Shown here piece by piece: positions 5,899 through 16,656 of a stretch of DNA of 32,000 bases; within the stretch, counting starts at the first letter, position 1, and every line of letters begins with the position of its first letter. The DNA comes from Gammaproteobacteria bacterium. GTDB lineage: Bacteria > Pseudomonadota > Gammaproteobacteria > JBIOEC01. Where the stretch lies: NCBI GenBank assembly GCA_965279305.1, contig OZ257143.1:630001-662000 (forward strand), given 5' to 3'. Below the pieces are notes generated by a model. That model ran no database searches. It was given only the letters and a program-made list of their open reading frames with translations, and was not told where the DNA came from. The position numbers were made by a program, and so were the translations under genes.

Positions 5899-7038
5899 AA
5901 TTAATTGTTGAGCTAATTCACTTTTGCTCATTAATGGAAATTCTTCTTTTTTTCCATCAGAAAACAATACTTTTACGGCATTCGTATCGGCATTAAATCC
6001 TGTGTTTTCAGAAAGCTCATTCGCAATAATCATATCAATGTTTTTGCTTTTTAATTTCTTTTCGGCGTTAGCCATTAAATCTTGAGTTTCTAGCGCAAAC
6101 CCCACGGTAAAAAGATGGTTTTGTTGCGCAAGCGTTTTTAATATATCAGGTGTGGGAATTAACGATAGTGAAAGTGTGTTCGTTAATTTTTTTATTTTCT
6201 GATCCGACATTTGTTCAGCTTGGTAATCGCCAACGGCTGCGGCCGAAATAAAAATAGTCGAAGTAGGGGAGTGATGCAGTACGGCATTTAACATATCGTT
6301 AGCACTAATCACATCAATGCGCTGAATGTCTTTTGATAGTGAAAGCGAAACAGGCCCTGTAATTACTGTTACTTTAGCACCAGCACGATAAGCCGCTTCT
6401 GCTAAAGCAAATCCCATTTTTCCTGAGCTTCGATTGCTGATATAACGAACCGGATCAATCGCTTCTTGTGTAGGACCTGCAGTAATTAATACATGTTGAC
6501 CTGCCAAACTATTATTAGAAAAAAGGGCATTGATAATATCAGAAGTCTCTACCATTCTTCCTAAACCTTCTTCTCCGCAGGCATGTTCGCCGCAAGCAGG
6601 CCCAATAAATTGAACATGTCGTTTTTTTAATAACGCCACATTATCTTGAGTAGCAGCATGTGACCACATATTAGGATTCATGGCCGGTGCAATATAAATA
6701 GGAGCAGTAGTCGCTAAACATAAGGTGGTTAATAAATCATTGGCTAATCCGTGCGTTAAACGTGCAATAAAATCGGCACTTGCAGGTACGCAAACAATTG
6801 CATCAGCCCATCTTGCAAGCGCAATATGATCCATGCCTTCTTGTGTTTCGGCTGCGCACCATTCTGATAATACAGGTTTTCCAGATAAAGCTTGTAAGGT
6901 GAGGGGAGTGATAAATGATTTGGCATGTTCTGTCATTACTACTTGCACTTCAATATCACGTTGGCGTAACGCACGAACAAACTCAGCTGATTTATATGCT
7001 GCTATGCTGCCAGTGACGCCGACTATTATTTTTTTCAT
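5854..7038 (-). CDS. coaBC: Bifunctional phosphopantothenoylcysteine decarboxylase / phosphopantothenate-cysteine ligase
   Basis: 394 aa. N-terminal flavoprotein domain (KKIIVGVTGSIAAYK, PAMNPNMW) and C-terminal CoaB domain (ITAGPTQEAIDPVRYISNRSSGKMG). Starts 1 nt after the panD stop. Confidence 0.9.
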   Translation of the reverse strand: MKKIIVGVTGSIAAYKSAEFVRALRQRDIEVQVVMTEHAKSFITPLTLQALSGKPVLSEWCAAETQEGMDHIALARWADAIVCVPASADFIARLTHGLANDLLTTLCLATTAPIYIAPAMNPNMWSHAATQDNVALLKKRHVQFIGPACGEHACGEEGLGRMVETSDIINALFSNNSLAGQHVLITAGPTQEAIDPVRYISNRSSGKMGFALAEAAYRAGAKVTVITGPVSLSLSKDIQRIDVISANDMLNAVLHHSPTSTIFISAAAVGDYQAEQMSDQKIKKLTNTLSLSLIPTPDILKTLAQQNHLFTVGFALETQDLMANAEKKLKSKNIDMIIANELSENTGFNADTNAVKVLFSDGKKEEFPLMSKSELAQQLILRIAAQCIAKRTVA

Positions 7039-7039
7039 A

Positions 7040-7372
7040 TTAATCGTGTTTTAAATCAACCACTATAGGTTCTAGTGTTTCTTTAGCAGGATCGATATAA
7101 GCGTAAGAGATAATAAATAAAGGATCGCCTACTTCGCCTTTGCGTGCAGCAGGGCCGTTTAAACCAATAACGCCTGACCCTGCTTTTCCTTTAATAACGT
7201 ATGTTTCTAAGCGTTCGCCATTATTTAAATTAACTACATGCACATGTTCATTTTCTTTTATATTCGCTCTACGCATAATATCTTCGTCAATGGTAATGCT
7301 GCCTACATAGAACAGATCTTTTTGTGTCATGGTGGCATAAGCAATTTTTGATTTGAGGGTTTGTATTAACAT
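7040..7372 (-). CDS. panD: Aspartate 1-decarboxylase proenzyme
   Basis: 110 aa with [25 protein letters not shown], including the Gly-Ser self-processing site, and GLNGPAAR. Confidence 0.92.
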   Translation of the reverse strand: MLIQTLKSKIAYATMTQKDLFYVGSITIDEDIMRRANIKENEHVHVVNLNNGERLETYVIKGKAGSGVIGLNGPAARKGEVGDPLFIISYAYIDPAKETLEPIVVDLKHD

Positions 7373-7396
7373 CTTTTTTTCCTACTATTTAAATAA

Positions 7397-8164
7397 TCAC
7401 GAAACAAGAGAGCGGTTATCAATCAAGCGAATGCGTCCTGTTTTAACGGCAGCAAATCGTCTGTTGTTACGGTCTTCAATATAATCCACTTTTATTCCTG
7501 CTTTTTGAAGAGACTGAATCACTTCTTCGCAAGATTGGTGGGTTTGTTTAAAAATATCAGCAAATTCATTGGCTAATACTTTCTCTTCAGCATTGAGTAA
7601 ACGATTACGAGAACTGAGCGGCAAGCCGTTGGCTTCTCTTATAATAGGGCAACCAATGACCTCTATATCTAATAAAAAAGCACTCACCATATTCTTTATT
7701 AATTGGAGTTGCTGGTAATCCTTTTCTCCAAAATAAGCGCGATCAGGGTTTGCCAATAGCAGCAATTTTAACACAATAGTGAGCACACCCGTAAAGTGGC
7801 CTGGTCTGAAAGCGCCTTCCTGATAGTGAGAGATTTCATTTTCTGAGATTTGAAACCGATAATCATCAGGATAGAGTGCCGATTTCTCAGGAGCCAGTAC
7901 ATAATCCACACCGTAAGTATTGGCTAATGCTATATCGTCGGCCAAGGTACGAGGGTAGCGAGCATAATCTTCAGCATCATTAAATTGCGTATGATTAACA
8001 AAAATAGATAATATAACTACATCATTTTCACTCTTCGCACGTTCAACCAAACTCCCATGCCCCGAATGCAAATTCCCCATCGTAGCCACAAACCCCACTT
8101 CCTTTTCTTTACAGATCTCCCTTCTAATCTGTTTCCACTGAGAAATATCATTTACTACATGCAT
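7397..8164 (-). CDS. panC: Pantoate-beta-alanine ligase
   Basis: Motifs ATMGNLHSGH, FVNHTQF, FGEKDYQQ and SSRN. I place the start at the internal ATG (8164, MHVVNDI...) because the 18 extra codons of the track ORF (to 8218) lie mostly inside the left arm of the palindromic element. Confidence 0.85.
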   Translation of the reverse strand: MHVVNDISQWKQIRREICKEKEVGFVATMGNLHSGHGSLVERAKSENDVVILSIFVNHTQFNDAEDYARYPRTLADDIALANTYGVDYVLAPEKSALYPDDYRFQISENEISHYQEGAFRPGHFTGVLTIVLKLLLLANPDRAYFGEKDYQQLQLIKNMVSAFLLDIEVIGCPIIREANGLPLSSRNRLLNAEEKVLANEFADIFKQTHQSCEEVIQSLQKAGIKVDYIEDRNNRRFAAVKTGRIRLIDNRSLVS

Positions 8165-8187
8165 ATATAGACCTTTAATATAATAGG

Positions 8188-8304
8188 GCGCACTACCTAT
8201 CAGGTATGTTTTTGACAAGCATCTGAGGCAGGGATGCCGAAGCTGAGCCTACACGGACGTACTTGCGGCGTCTTGGCAAAAACATACCTGATAAGGTAGT
8301 ACGC
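8188..8304. repeat. 117-bp palindromic, GC-rich intergenic element (MITE/REP-like or structured RNA) between panB and panC
   Basis: Left arm 8188-8214 (gcgcactacctatcaggtatgtttttg) is the reverse complement of right arm 8277-8304, apart from one mismatch and one 1-nt indel. The 62-bp core is visibly more GC-rich than its surroundings and contains a further small hairpin (GCATC-N9-GATGC). Confidence 0.6.
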
Positions 8305-8310
8305 AACTCA

Positions 8311-9102
8311 TTATTCAAAACTATGCTTCTCAAGCTCAGGAAACACACTATCCTTCACCTCAGTAGCATACAAATTCAACGCCTCCAAACAAGCCTGATA
8401 ACTATTCGCATAAGGCTTACAAAACTTCGTACGTAACTCCTGCTGTAAACCCAACAAATCATGCAACACCAACACTTGTCCATCAGCATAAGGACCTGCG
8501 CCAATACCAATAGTGGGGATCCCTAACGATTCGCTAACCGTTTTACCCACATGCCAAGGCACACATTCCAATACGATAGCAAAACAGCCTGCTTGCTCTA
8601 GTTTTTGCGCTTGTCTTATTAACTGTTCAGCATGAGAGGCTTGGCGACCTTGCACTTTATAACCACCTAATTGGTGAATAAACTGGGGCGTTAAACCTAA
8701 ATGTCCCATCACAGGAATACCGGATTGAATAATATGCGCAATTAACTCTAAGTTTCCCTCCGCACCTTCTAATTTAATAGAATGGGCGCCAGCTTGGATC
8801 AGTTTTTCTACATTGCTCATGGAATCAGCCAAAGATTTGCGATATGACAAAAAAGGCATATCGGCAATAATAAATTTTTTCGTGATACCACGTGCTACCG
8901 CGCGTGTATGTGCCGTCATCATTTCCATCGTTGCTTGTGTAGTATCGGTGCAACCATAAATCACCATACTTAAACTATCGCCTACTAACACGCAATCCAC
9001 ATCGGTAGAATCAACGATTCGTGCAAAAGAATAGTCATAACAGGTGACCATGCGGATTTTTTCTTTACGCTGTTTCTTTTCTAAAAAGTGATGAATTTTC
9101 AT
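8311..9102 (-). CDS. panB: 3-methyl-2-oxobutanoate hydroxymethyltransferase
   Basis: 263 aa with MVTCYDYSFARIV, LVGDSL, ADMPF, KLEG and GHLGLTPQ. Confidence 0.92.
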   Translation of the reverse strand: MKIHHFLEKKQRKEKIRMVTCYDYSFARIVDSTDVDCVLVGDSLSMVIYGCTDTTQATMEMMTAHTRAVARGITKKFIIADMPFLSYRKSLADSMSNVEKLIQAGAHSIKLEGAEGNLELIAHIIQSGIPVMGHLGLTPQFIHQLGGYKVQGRQASHAEQLIRQAQKLEQAGCFAIVLECVPWHVGKTVSESLGIPTIGIGAGPYADGQVLVLHDLLGLQQELRTKFCKPYANSYQACLEALNLYATEVKDSVFPELEKHSFE

Positions 9103-9790
9103 AATGGTTCCTCATATACGAGTTAACAAAGGCTTGGTATACATCTAAAAAAGGATCTTCTTTAAGCGCACTTAAATTCTTTTCTATCGTTTGTTGATCG
9201 TTTCTTGCTAATGGGCCGGTTAAGGCATGCTTATAATCCTGTAAAAGATTATCACATGTTTTCTTTAAGTAAGGCATCATCATTGAATCGGGTATGTCAA
9301 ACCGATTTTCAAATTCAGAAAATAATTTTTGCCAGAGTAGGGTGGTGAAATTATTTGCCATCACACACAGTGCATGATAATACGCTTTATCTTCTCTAGA
9401 AATACAAAAGTGAGCATTGGGTAAACCTGGAAGCAATGCTTCAAAAGCAAGTCTGTTTTTTTCTATAATAATCGGAATATTTTTATATTCTTCTACAGTA
9501 TATAAATGATGACTAAATGACATAGGCATATGAGCGGTATACGCTTTATCGGATACCAGCGCGCCAGAGCAATGAATTAAACAATGGTTTTGTAATAAAT
9601 TCCATTGCGTTTCAATAAACGAATCAATTTGATTGTCGGTGATCAGCAATAAAACATGAGTAGATTTTTGTAAACAATCAGATAACACATTATCTGATTT
9701 TCGGTACCAATGGTTAAATGAAAGCCCCAGTGCAGTAAAGTAAAACACCATATGCTGTGCGAGGCGTCCATTCCCAATAATGGTATACAT
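9065..9790 (-). CDS. panG: Rossmann + DUF2520 protein, probable PanG-type ketopantoate reductase
   Basis: 241 aa. N-terminal IIGNGRLA dinucleotide-binding motif and a C-terminal LTGPLARNDQQTIEKNLSAL motif typical of DUF2520. First gene of the pan operon, overlapping the panB start. No panE/ilvC-type reductase is present in the window. Confidence 0.6.
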   Translation of the reverse strand: MYTIIGNGRLAQHMVFYFTALGLSFNHWYRKSDNVLSDCLQKSTHVLLLITDNQIDSFIETQWNLLQNHCLIHCSGALVSDKAYTAHMPMSFSHHLYTVEEYKNIPIIIEKNRLAFEALLPGLPNAHFCISREDKAYYHALCVMANNFTTLLWQKLFSEFENRFDIPDSMMMPYLKKTCDNLLQDYKHALTGPLARNDQQTIEKNLSALKEDPFLDVYQAFVNSYMRNHYENSSLFRKETA

Positions 9791-9796
9791 AATAGT

Positions 9797-11011
9797 TTAG
9801 TTCACTATTCCTATTAAGGTGCCCACTTCTAAAATAACTAATATAATAGAAATTCCAATCATAATCGCTAATGTAAAAGATCCGCCGAGCACACGGAAAT
9901 GTTCATCTTTAGCCAATTTCTTTTTATATCGGCCAGACCATACCATTAGTGCAGGCATTAGTCCTAATAAAACGGTGACAAAAATACCACCGTAGCGTAA
10001 TGCAATCTCAAATCCTTTTTGGAAAAAGAGTGCAAAAAATAACGGGGGTAAAAAAGTTAAGACTACAAACAAAATATGTTTTTTGAAATGATAATCATGG
10101 GTTTTTGTTACATCATAAAGTAAACCCATCATGCTCCAGCTCACACCCAAAATAGAAGTGAGTAGTGCACATAAAGAAAATATAGCGACGGCGTTGCTCA
10201 CCCAGGTAATTTGTAATTCGTTATATAAATTGGCGCTAAGATCGGCAACGGGTTGTCCACCATCGCGTAACGCTAATAATCCGTGTTCGCCTTCCAAAGG
10301 TAAGCTGCCCATAATCGCGCCGGTCCAGAATGTATATAAAACTAAAGGAATAGCACTACCAATTAAAATCGCTACCATTAATTGTTTTGGGCTGTTGCCA
10401 ATATAGCGACGAATATTGGGAATAATAAATTGGTAAGCAAAAGAAAGAACAACAATAATCCAGGTTAATGGAAGGCTGGCCATTTGTGCTTGATCAAAAT
10501 GTCCTATATCTACATGTGGAGCGATAGCACCAATAAGTACTACATAACTGATAATGAGTCCTGCCATTAATATTCGATTTGAATAATCCACTGTGCGTGT
10601 GCCGAAGAAAACAATAGACGCCATCACTACTGTGAGTAAAACAGCCATAACAGAATGTTGAATTTGCCAAGAATCAAAAACGGTAACGAGTAATCCTGAG
10701 CTTCCCGTAATGTAAGCAGCGTTAACGGCATATAATAAGAGTGCAAACAAGACAAGTGCAATTAGCCAACCGGTTTTACCTAAGGTTGCACGTGTCATGG
10801 ATAACAAATTAGTATCTTGGGGAAACCACAGAGTAGCTTCTAAAATCAGGAATGCGCTGGTTAACATAAAAAGCCAGGCAATCACAAACATGCCTAAAGT
10901 GGGATAAAAACCACTGGGTGCACTAACGATAGGAAGTGCTAACATGCCAGCACCAATCGTGGTACCTGCAATTAATAACGCGCTGCCAATGACTTTATTC
11001 CAGTTATTCAT
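9797..11011 (-). CDS. Aromatic amino acid permease, HAAAP family (TyrP/Mtr/TnaB-like)
   Basis: 404-aa polytopic membrane protein. The N-terminus GSALLIAGTTIGAGMLALP is characteristic of the hydroxy/aromatic amino acid permease family. Confidence 0.75.
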   Translation of the reverse strand: MNNWNKVIGSALLIAGTTIGAGMLALPIVSAPSGFYPTLGMFVIAWLFMLTSAFLILEATLWFPQDTNLLSMTRATLGKTGWLIALVLFALLLYAVNAAYITGSSGLLVTVFDSWQIQHSVMAVLLTVVMASIVFFGTRTVDYSNRILMAGLIISYVVLIGAIAPHVDIGHFDQAQMASLPLTWIIVVLSFAYQFIIPNIRRYIGNSPKQLMVAILIGSAIPLVLYTFWTGAIMGSLPLEGEHGLLALRDGGQPVADLSANLYNELQITWVSNAVAIFSLCALLTSILGVSWSMMGLLYDVTKTHDYHFKKHILFVVLTFLPPLFFALFFQKGFEIALRYGGIFVTVLLGLMPALMVWSGRYKKKLAKDEHFRVLGGSFTLAIMIGISIILVILEVGTLIGIVN

Positions 11012-11071
11012 AGTAAATTCCCAATAAAATGAAGTCTCTACTATAAAGTAATGAGTAAATTAAGGCAAATA

Positions 11072-12265
11072 TCAGACGTAGTTTCCGTTATATTTATAAA
11101 AACGGGGAAGGCGATCGTTAAATCCACATAAAATTTCATTAGGGATGGTGTTGGCCAAATCGGCGATTTCTTGCAAGCTAATCGTCTCATTTTGTTGTTG
11201 GCCAATAATCACCACTTCATCACCCACATAAGCTTCATTCATATCAATATCCACCGTAAACTGATCCATACAAACCAAGCCTGCAATAGGATATCGTTGA
11301 CCATGAATTAACACTTGGCCTTTATTAGATAAAGAACGGCGAATACCATCACCATAACCTGCCGGTACAGTAACCAGACGAGTCAGCTTATCCGTGTGAT
11401 AAGTATGTCCGTAGCCTACTCCTTTATGTGCTTCTACGGCTTTAAAGAAAGAGATTTTTGCTTTTACCGAGAAAAAAGGTTTTATATCTTTTGCTAATAG
11501 ATGCGAAGGAGGGCAAGTATATCCAAATAATAATATGCCTACGCGCACCATATCAAAAAGTGAATCAGGGTAATGTAAAACACCACCTGTACTGGCTAAA
11601 TGCGCAATAATATCTGGGTTGGTTTTTTCTATATTTTTAACAGCATTTTTAAATAATTTAATTTGTTCATGCGTCTCTGCATTATTCGGTATGTCGGCAG
11701 AGGCTAAATGAGAATATACGCCAGCAATTTCAATATATTTTGAGCATTTGGCATTGAGATCATGAATTAATTCTAATGCGGTTTCAGGACGCATTCCGGT
11801 GCGTTGCATGCCGGTTTCCATTTCAATATGTATGCGTGCTTTTTCTTTTAATTTTCTACACAGGGTGGCCACTAATTCGGCTTTATAACGAGAAGAAATA
11901 GTAAACTCTAAATGATACTTAAGTAAATCGGGCAGTTGATCTTCATGAATAGCGCCTAGTACTAAAATAGGAATGGTAATCCCAGCTTCCCGTAACAAAG
12001 CGCCTTCTTGTAAGTGTGCCACGGCTAAATAATCTACTCCATGATAAGCCGCTACTTCGGCGATAGGCACAATCCCATGTCCATACGCATTGGCTTTAAC
12101 AGCCAAGCAAATTTTTTGTTTTGGCAAATAGGCTTTTAAGGCCTCAATATTTTTAACGAACTGATCCAGATCAATCTCTATCCATGCCGGATGCGCAAAA
12201 CGATGGTTATTTTCTTGGTACATAGGATTCTTCAACAGGTTATTAATGTTTGTTAATGATAGCAT
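11072..12265 (-). CDS. alr: Alanine racemase
   Basis: 397 aa with the PLP-lysine motif AVKANAYGHG, GYGD, and a C-terminal beta domain (CMDQF). Confidence 0.88.
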   Translation of the reverse strand: MLSLTNINNLLKNPMYQENNHRFAHPAWIEIDLDQFVKNIEALKAYLPKQKICLAVKANAYGHGIVPIAEVAAYHGVDYLAVAHLQEGALLREAGITIPILVLGAIHEDQLPDLLKYHLEFTISSRYKAELVATLCRKLKEKARIHIEMETGMQRTGMRPETALELIHDLNAKCSKYIEIAGVYSHLASADIPNNAETHEQIKLFKNAVKNIEKTNPDIIAHLASTGGVLHYPDSLFDMVRVGILLFGYTCPPSHLLAKDIKPFFSVKAKISFFKAVEAHKGVGYGHTYHTDKLTRLVTVPAGYGDGIRRSLSNKGQVLIHGQRYPIAGLVCMDQFTVDIDMNEAYVGDEVVIIGQQQNETISLQEIADLANTIPNEILCGFNDRLPRFYKYNGNYV

Positions 12266-12300
12266 GTAAGTATAATTTGGGTTAAAACTCTACTCCAGTG

Positions 12301-12329
12301 TTGTTTTTGTATCAGTGAATCCGTATAAT
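12301..12329 (+). promoter_or_regulatory. Putative sigma70 promoter of the atp operon
   Basis: TTGTTT (12301-12306), 17-nt spacer, TATAAT (12324-12329), about 95 nt upstream of the atpI ATG. Confidence 0.3.
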
Positions 12330-12421
12330 AGGGCACAATTTGTGGGGGCGGTAAGTCCGAGAGCGCTTGATGTATAGGGCTCAAGAGCCCTTTATGTAGA
12401 TGTCGATGTAGGCGGAACCAC

Positions 12422-12826
12422 ATGACTAGCGTCAATAGCAGGGGAAGAGGGCGAGCGTTGTCGGCAAAATGGTTTGCTTGGCAGTGCGGGACTCTTTGCC
12501 TGATGGCGATTGGTTATTCCTTGTTTGCAAGACTAATGCAGGCAGATGTGTTGATATCCTCGATGTCCTTTTTATTGGGCGGCGGGATCAGCATTCTCGC
12601 CAGCAGCTATTTTGCCTGGAAGTTATTTACCCACACGGATGCCCGAGCTGCTCAACGGATTGTAGCCAACCTATATATAGCGGAAGCCCTAAAGCTGTTA
12701 ATGTCAGCGGCCGGTTTAGCGCTGGTATTTGCTTGGATGCCGGTAGATCCGATAGCAGTATTGATAGGGTTTGTAGTAACATACCTAACTAGTTTGGTCA
12801 TTGTAGCCGTATTAGCGCTTAAATAA
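12422..12826 (+). CDS. atpI: ATP synthase protein I
   Basis: 134-aa small hydrophobic protein in the first position of the atp operon. Confidence 0.75.
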   Translation: MTSVNSRGRGRALSAKWFAWQCGTLCLMAIGYSLFARLMQADVLISSMSFLLGGGISILASSYFAWKLFTHTDARAAQRIVANLYIAEALKLLMSAAGLALVFAWMPVDPIAVLIGFVVTYLTSLVIVAVLALK

Positions 12827-12856
12827 GGCCTAATACATAATATATATATAGAGTAA

Positions 12857-13624
<768 letters not shown>

Positions 13625-13636
13625 CGTTAACTTTAA

Positions 13637-13942
<306 letters not shown>

Positions 13943-13946
13943 AATC

Positions 13947-13997
13947 ACCTCTCCCCTTGTGGGAGAGGTCGTGAAGTTCGCACGTTACGTGCGAACT
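13947..13997 (+). other. Two adjacent perfect stem-loops in the atpE-atpF spacer
   Basis: Hairpin 1: ACCTCTCCC (13947-13955) pairs with GGGAGAGGT (13961-13969), 5-nt loop. Hairpin 2: AGTTCGCACG (13975-13984) pairs with CGTGCGAACT (13988-13997), 3-nt loop. No U-tract follows. Confidence 0.6.
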
Positions 13998-14036
13998 GAG
14001 CGGGTGAGGGGAATAATTTATTAAGAGGATAAAGCT

Positions 14037-14513
14037 GTGAGCATTAACCTAACATTACTAGGACAAGCCATCACATTTTTGATCTTTGTTTGGTTCACCA
14101 TGAAATTTGTGTGGCCACCATTGATAGATGCCATGAAAGAGCGCCAAAAGAAAATTGCTGACGGTTTAGCAGCGGCGGCTCGTGGACAAGAAGAATTATT
14201 AAACGCAGAAGAGCGCATTAAAGGTCAAATCACTGAAGCAAAACAACAAGCGGCAGAGATTATTGAAAAAGCGTATCGTCGTGCGGATCAAATTGTAGAA
14301 GAAGCTAAAGATAAAGCGCAAGAAGAAGGCAAACGTATAATCGAAGCTGCTCAAGCCGATATACAACAATCCACTTCTCGTGCACGCGAAGGCTTGCGCA
14401 AAGAAGTAGCAGCATTAGCGATTAGCGGTGCAGAGCGCGTATTAAAACGAGATATCGATGCAAATGCGCATAACGATATTTTACGTCAACTTGAAACAGA
14501 GATGTCAGCATAA
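14037..14513 (+). CDS. atpF: F0F1 ATP synthase subunit b
   Basis: 158 aa, GTG start. N-terminal TM helix followed by a long charged coiled coil. Confidence 0.9.
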   Translation: MSINLTLLGQAITFLIFVWFTMKFVWPPLIDAMKERQKKIADGLAAAARGQEELLNAEERIKGQITEAKQQAAEIIEKAYRRADQIVEEAKDKAQEEGKRIIEAAQADIQQSTSRAREGLRKEVAALAISGAERVLKRDIDANAHNDILRQLETEMSA

Positions 14514-15043
14514 TGATTGGAATGAACACATTAGCAAGACCTTATGCCAAAGCTGCTTTTGCAGTGGCACAAGAGAAAAAGCAAACCTCTCAGTGGTTGG
14601 TGACATTAACAGACTTGTCTGCAATTGTTAGCGATCCTGAAATGGCTGATGTGTTAAGAAATCCTAAGCTTAATTATGAACAAGTGATGGACATTATCGT
14701 TGCTTGTCTTCCTGGATTAGATGCAGATGTAAAAAATTTCATTCATATTTTGGCATACAATCATCGCTTAACATTAATTCCAGCCGTTTTGGAATTATTT
14801 GCAGAATACAAAGCAGAAGCTGAAAAAATAGTGAATGTAGAAATGATTTCTGCTTATACCGTAAGTGATGAACAGCGCTTACGTTTTTCGGAAGTGCTTA
14901 GCAAAAAATTACAACGTCAAGTGCAAGTACATTGCACGACAGATAACAAATTAATTGGCGGTGCGATTATACGCGCTGGAGACCAAGTAATTGATGGTTC
15001 AATCCGTGGCCGTTTAATGGATTTAGCCAACAGCTTAATGTAG
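14513..15043 (+). CDS. atpH: F0F1 ATP synthase subunit delta
   Basis: 176 aa with LARPYAKAAF at the N-terminus and GGAIIRAGDQVIDGSIRGRL near the C-terminus. Confidence 0.9.
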   Translation: MIGMNTLARPYAKAAFAVAQEKKQTSQWLVTLTDLSAIVSDPEMADVLRNPKLNYEQVMDIIVACLPGLDADVKNFIHILAYNHRLTLIPAVLELFAEYKAEAEKIVNVEMISAYTVSDEQRLRFSEVLSKKLQRQVQVHCTTDNKLIGGAIIRAGDQVIDGSIRGRLMDLANSLM

Positions 15044-15072
15044 AAATTTAAACTCGAGAGGATGCACGTAAA

Positions 15073-16644
15073 ATGAAAACACAGCTCAATCCTGCTGAAA
15101 TTAGCGAAGTTATTAAGTCACAAATTGAAAAATTTAATGTGACTTCACAAGCACGTACGGAAGGTACGGTTGTTAGCGTTATGGACGGTATCGTTCGTAT
15201 TTACGGTCTTGCCGACGTAATGCAAGGTGAAATGATCGAGTTTCTTCCTGAAAGTGATGATGCTAGCGTTGAACCTATTTACGGTATTGCTTTGAACTTA
15301 GAGCGCGATTCTGTAGGTGCGGTTATTTTAGGGGATTACAGCCGTTTAGTAGAAGGCCAAACCGCTAGATGTACGGGCCGTATTTTAGAAGTGCCCGTAG
15401 GCGAAGGCTTATTAGGTCGCGTAGTTAACGCTTTAGGTATGCCTATTGATGAACGCGGTCCTATCCCTTTCACACAAACTTCTCCTGTTGAAAAAGTAGC
15501 GCCCGGCGTTATTGACCGTCAATCAGTAGACCAACCGATGCAAACCGGTTTGATCTCTATCGATGCGATGACACCCGTAGGCCGTGGACAACGCGAATTA
15601 ATTATTGGGGATCGCCAAACCGGTAAAACTGCTATTGCCGTGGATACTATCATTAACCAAAAAGGCACAGGCATTAAATGTATTTATGTGGCTATTGGCC
15701 AAAAAGCCTCTTCTATTGCTAGCGTAGTGCGCAAACTAGAAGAACATGGTGCTTTAGAACACACGATTATCGTAGCCGCGGGTGCTTCTGATCCTGCTGC
15801 TATGCAATTTATAGCACCTTATGCAGGTTGTGCGATGGGTGAATATTTCCGTGATAGAGGCCAAGATGCATTAATCATTTATGATGATTTAACTAAACAA
15901 GCATGGGCTTATCGCCAAATTTCTCTGTTGTTAAAACGCCCACCAGGTCGTGAAGCATATCCTGGAGACGTATTCTATTTACATTCTCGTTTACTAGAGC
16001 GTGCGGCTCGTGTGAGTGCTGATTATGTAGCACGCGAAACCAATGGTGCTGTAGTAGGCAAAACCGGTTCTTTAACCGCGTTACCTATTATTGAAACACA
16101 AGCGGGTGACGTATCTGCATTCGTTCCTACTAACGTTATTTCGATTACTGACGGACAAATTTATTTAGAAACCGATTTATTTAACTCTGGTTTCCGTCCT
16201 GCTATTAACGCGGGTTTATCAGTATCTCGTGTAGGTGGTGCAGCGCAAACCAAAATTATTAAAAAACTCGGTGGTGGTGTGCGTTTAGCATTAGCGCAGT
16301 ATCGTGAATTAGAAGCGTTCGCACAGTTTGCTTCTGATTTAGATGAAGCCACACGTAAACAATTAGAGCGTGGTCAGCGCGTAATGGAAGTATTGAAACA
16401 AAAACAATACAGCCCATTACCAGTAGCGGATATGGCGATGACATTGTTTGCTGTAGATCGCGGTTACGTAGACGCGGTTCCATTAGCAAAAGTATTACCG
16501 TTTCAACAAGCATTGCATGCGTTCTGTCACGAACAACATAGCAGCTTTATGAAACAAATTAATTTAACCGGTGATTTTGATGGTGAAATTGAGAAAAGAA
16601 TGAAACAAATCTTAGAAGATTTCATTAATTCACAAACTTGGTAA
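15073..16644 (+). CDS. atpA: F0F1 ATP synthase subunit alpha
   Basis: 523 aa with Walker A GDRQTGKT. High similarity by eye to E. coli AtpA throughout, with a short insertion ([12 protein letters not shown]) near residue 60. Confidence 0.97.
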   Translation: MKTQLNPAEISEVIKSQIEKFNVTSQARTEGTVVSVMDGIVRIYGLADVMQGEMIEFLPESDDASVEPIYGIALNLERDSVGAVILGDYSRLVEGQTARCTGRILEVPVGEGLLGRVVNALGMPIDERGPIPFTQTSPVEKVAPGVIDRQSVDQPMQTGLISIDAMTPVGRGQRELIIGDRQTGKTAIAVDTIINQKGTGIKCIYVAIGQKASSIASVVRKLEEHGALEHTIIVAAGASDPAAMQFIAPYAGCAMGEYFRDRGQDALIIYDDLTKQAWAYRQISLLLKRPPGREAYPGDVFYLHSRLLERAARVSADYVARETNGAVVGKTGSLTALPIIETQAGDVSAFVPTNVISITDGQIYLETDLFNSGFRPAINAGLSVSRVGGAAQTKIIKKLGGGVRLALAQYRELEAFAQFASDLDEATRKQLERGQRVMEVLKQKQYSPLPVADMAMTLFAVDRGYVDAVPLAKVLPFQQALHAFCHEQHSSFMKQINLTGDFDGEIEKRMKQILEDFINSQTW

Positions 16645-16656
16645 GAAAAAAACAAC

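Noticed and set aside
8165-8218. 18-codon N-terminal extension of the panC ORF (MSKTYLIGSAPYYIKGLY)
   Set aside because: These codons lie mostly within the left arm of the palindromic intergenic element. PanC homology begins at the internal Met (8164), so the extension is most likely an ORF-calling artefact.
12377-12390. GGGCTC-AA-GAGCCC palindrome followed by TTT in the atp leader, considered as a terminator
   Set aside because: The stem is only 5-6 bp with a 2-4 nt loop and a weak T-tract, and it lies between the putative promoter and atpI. That is insufficient to call it a terminator or attenuator.
12469-12792. 107-aa ORF overlapping atpI in another + frame
   Set aside because: It is nested completely inside atpI. 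The atpI frame gives the expected hydrophobic small membrane protein, and the alternative frame has no recognisable features.
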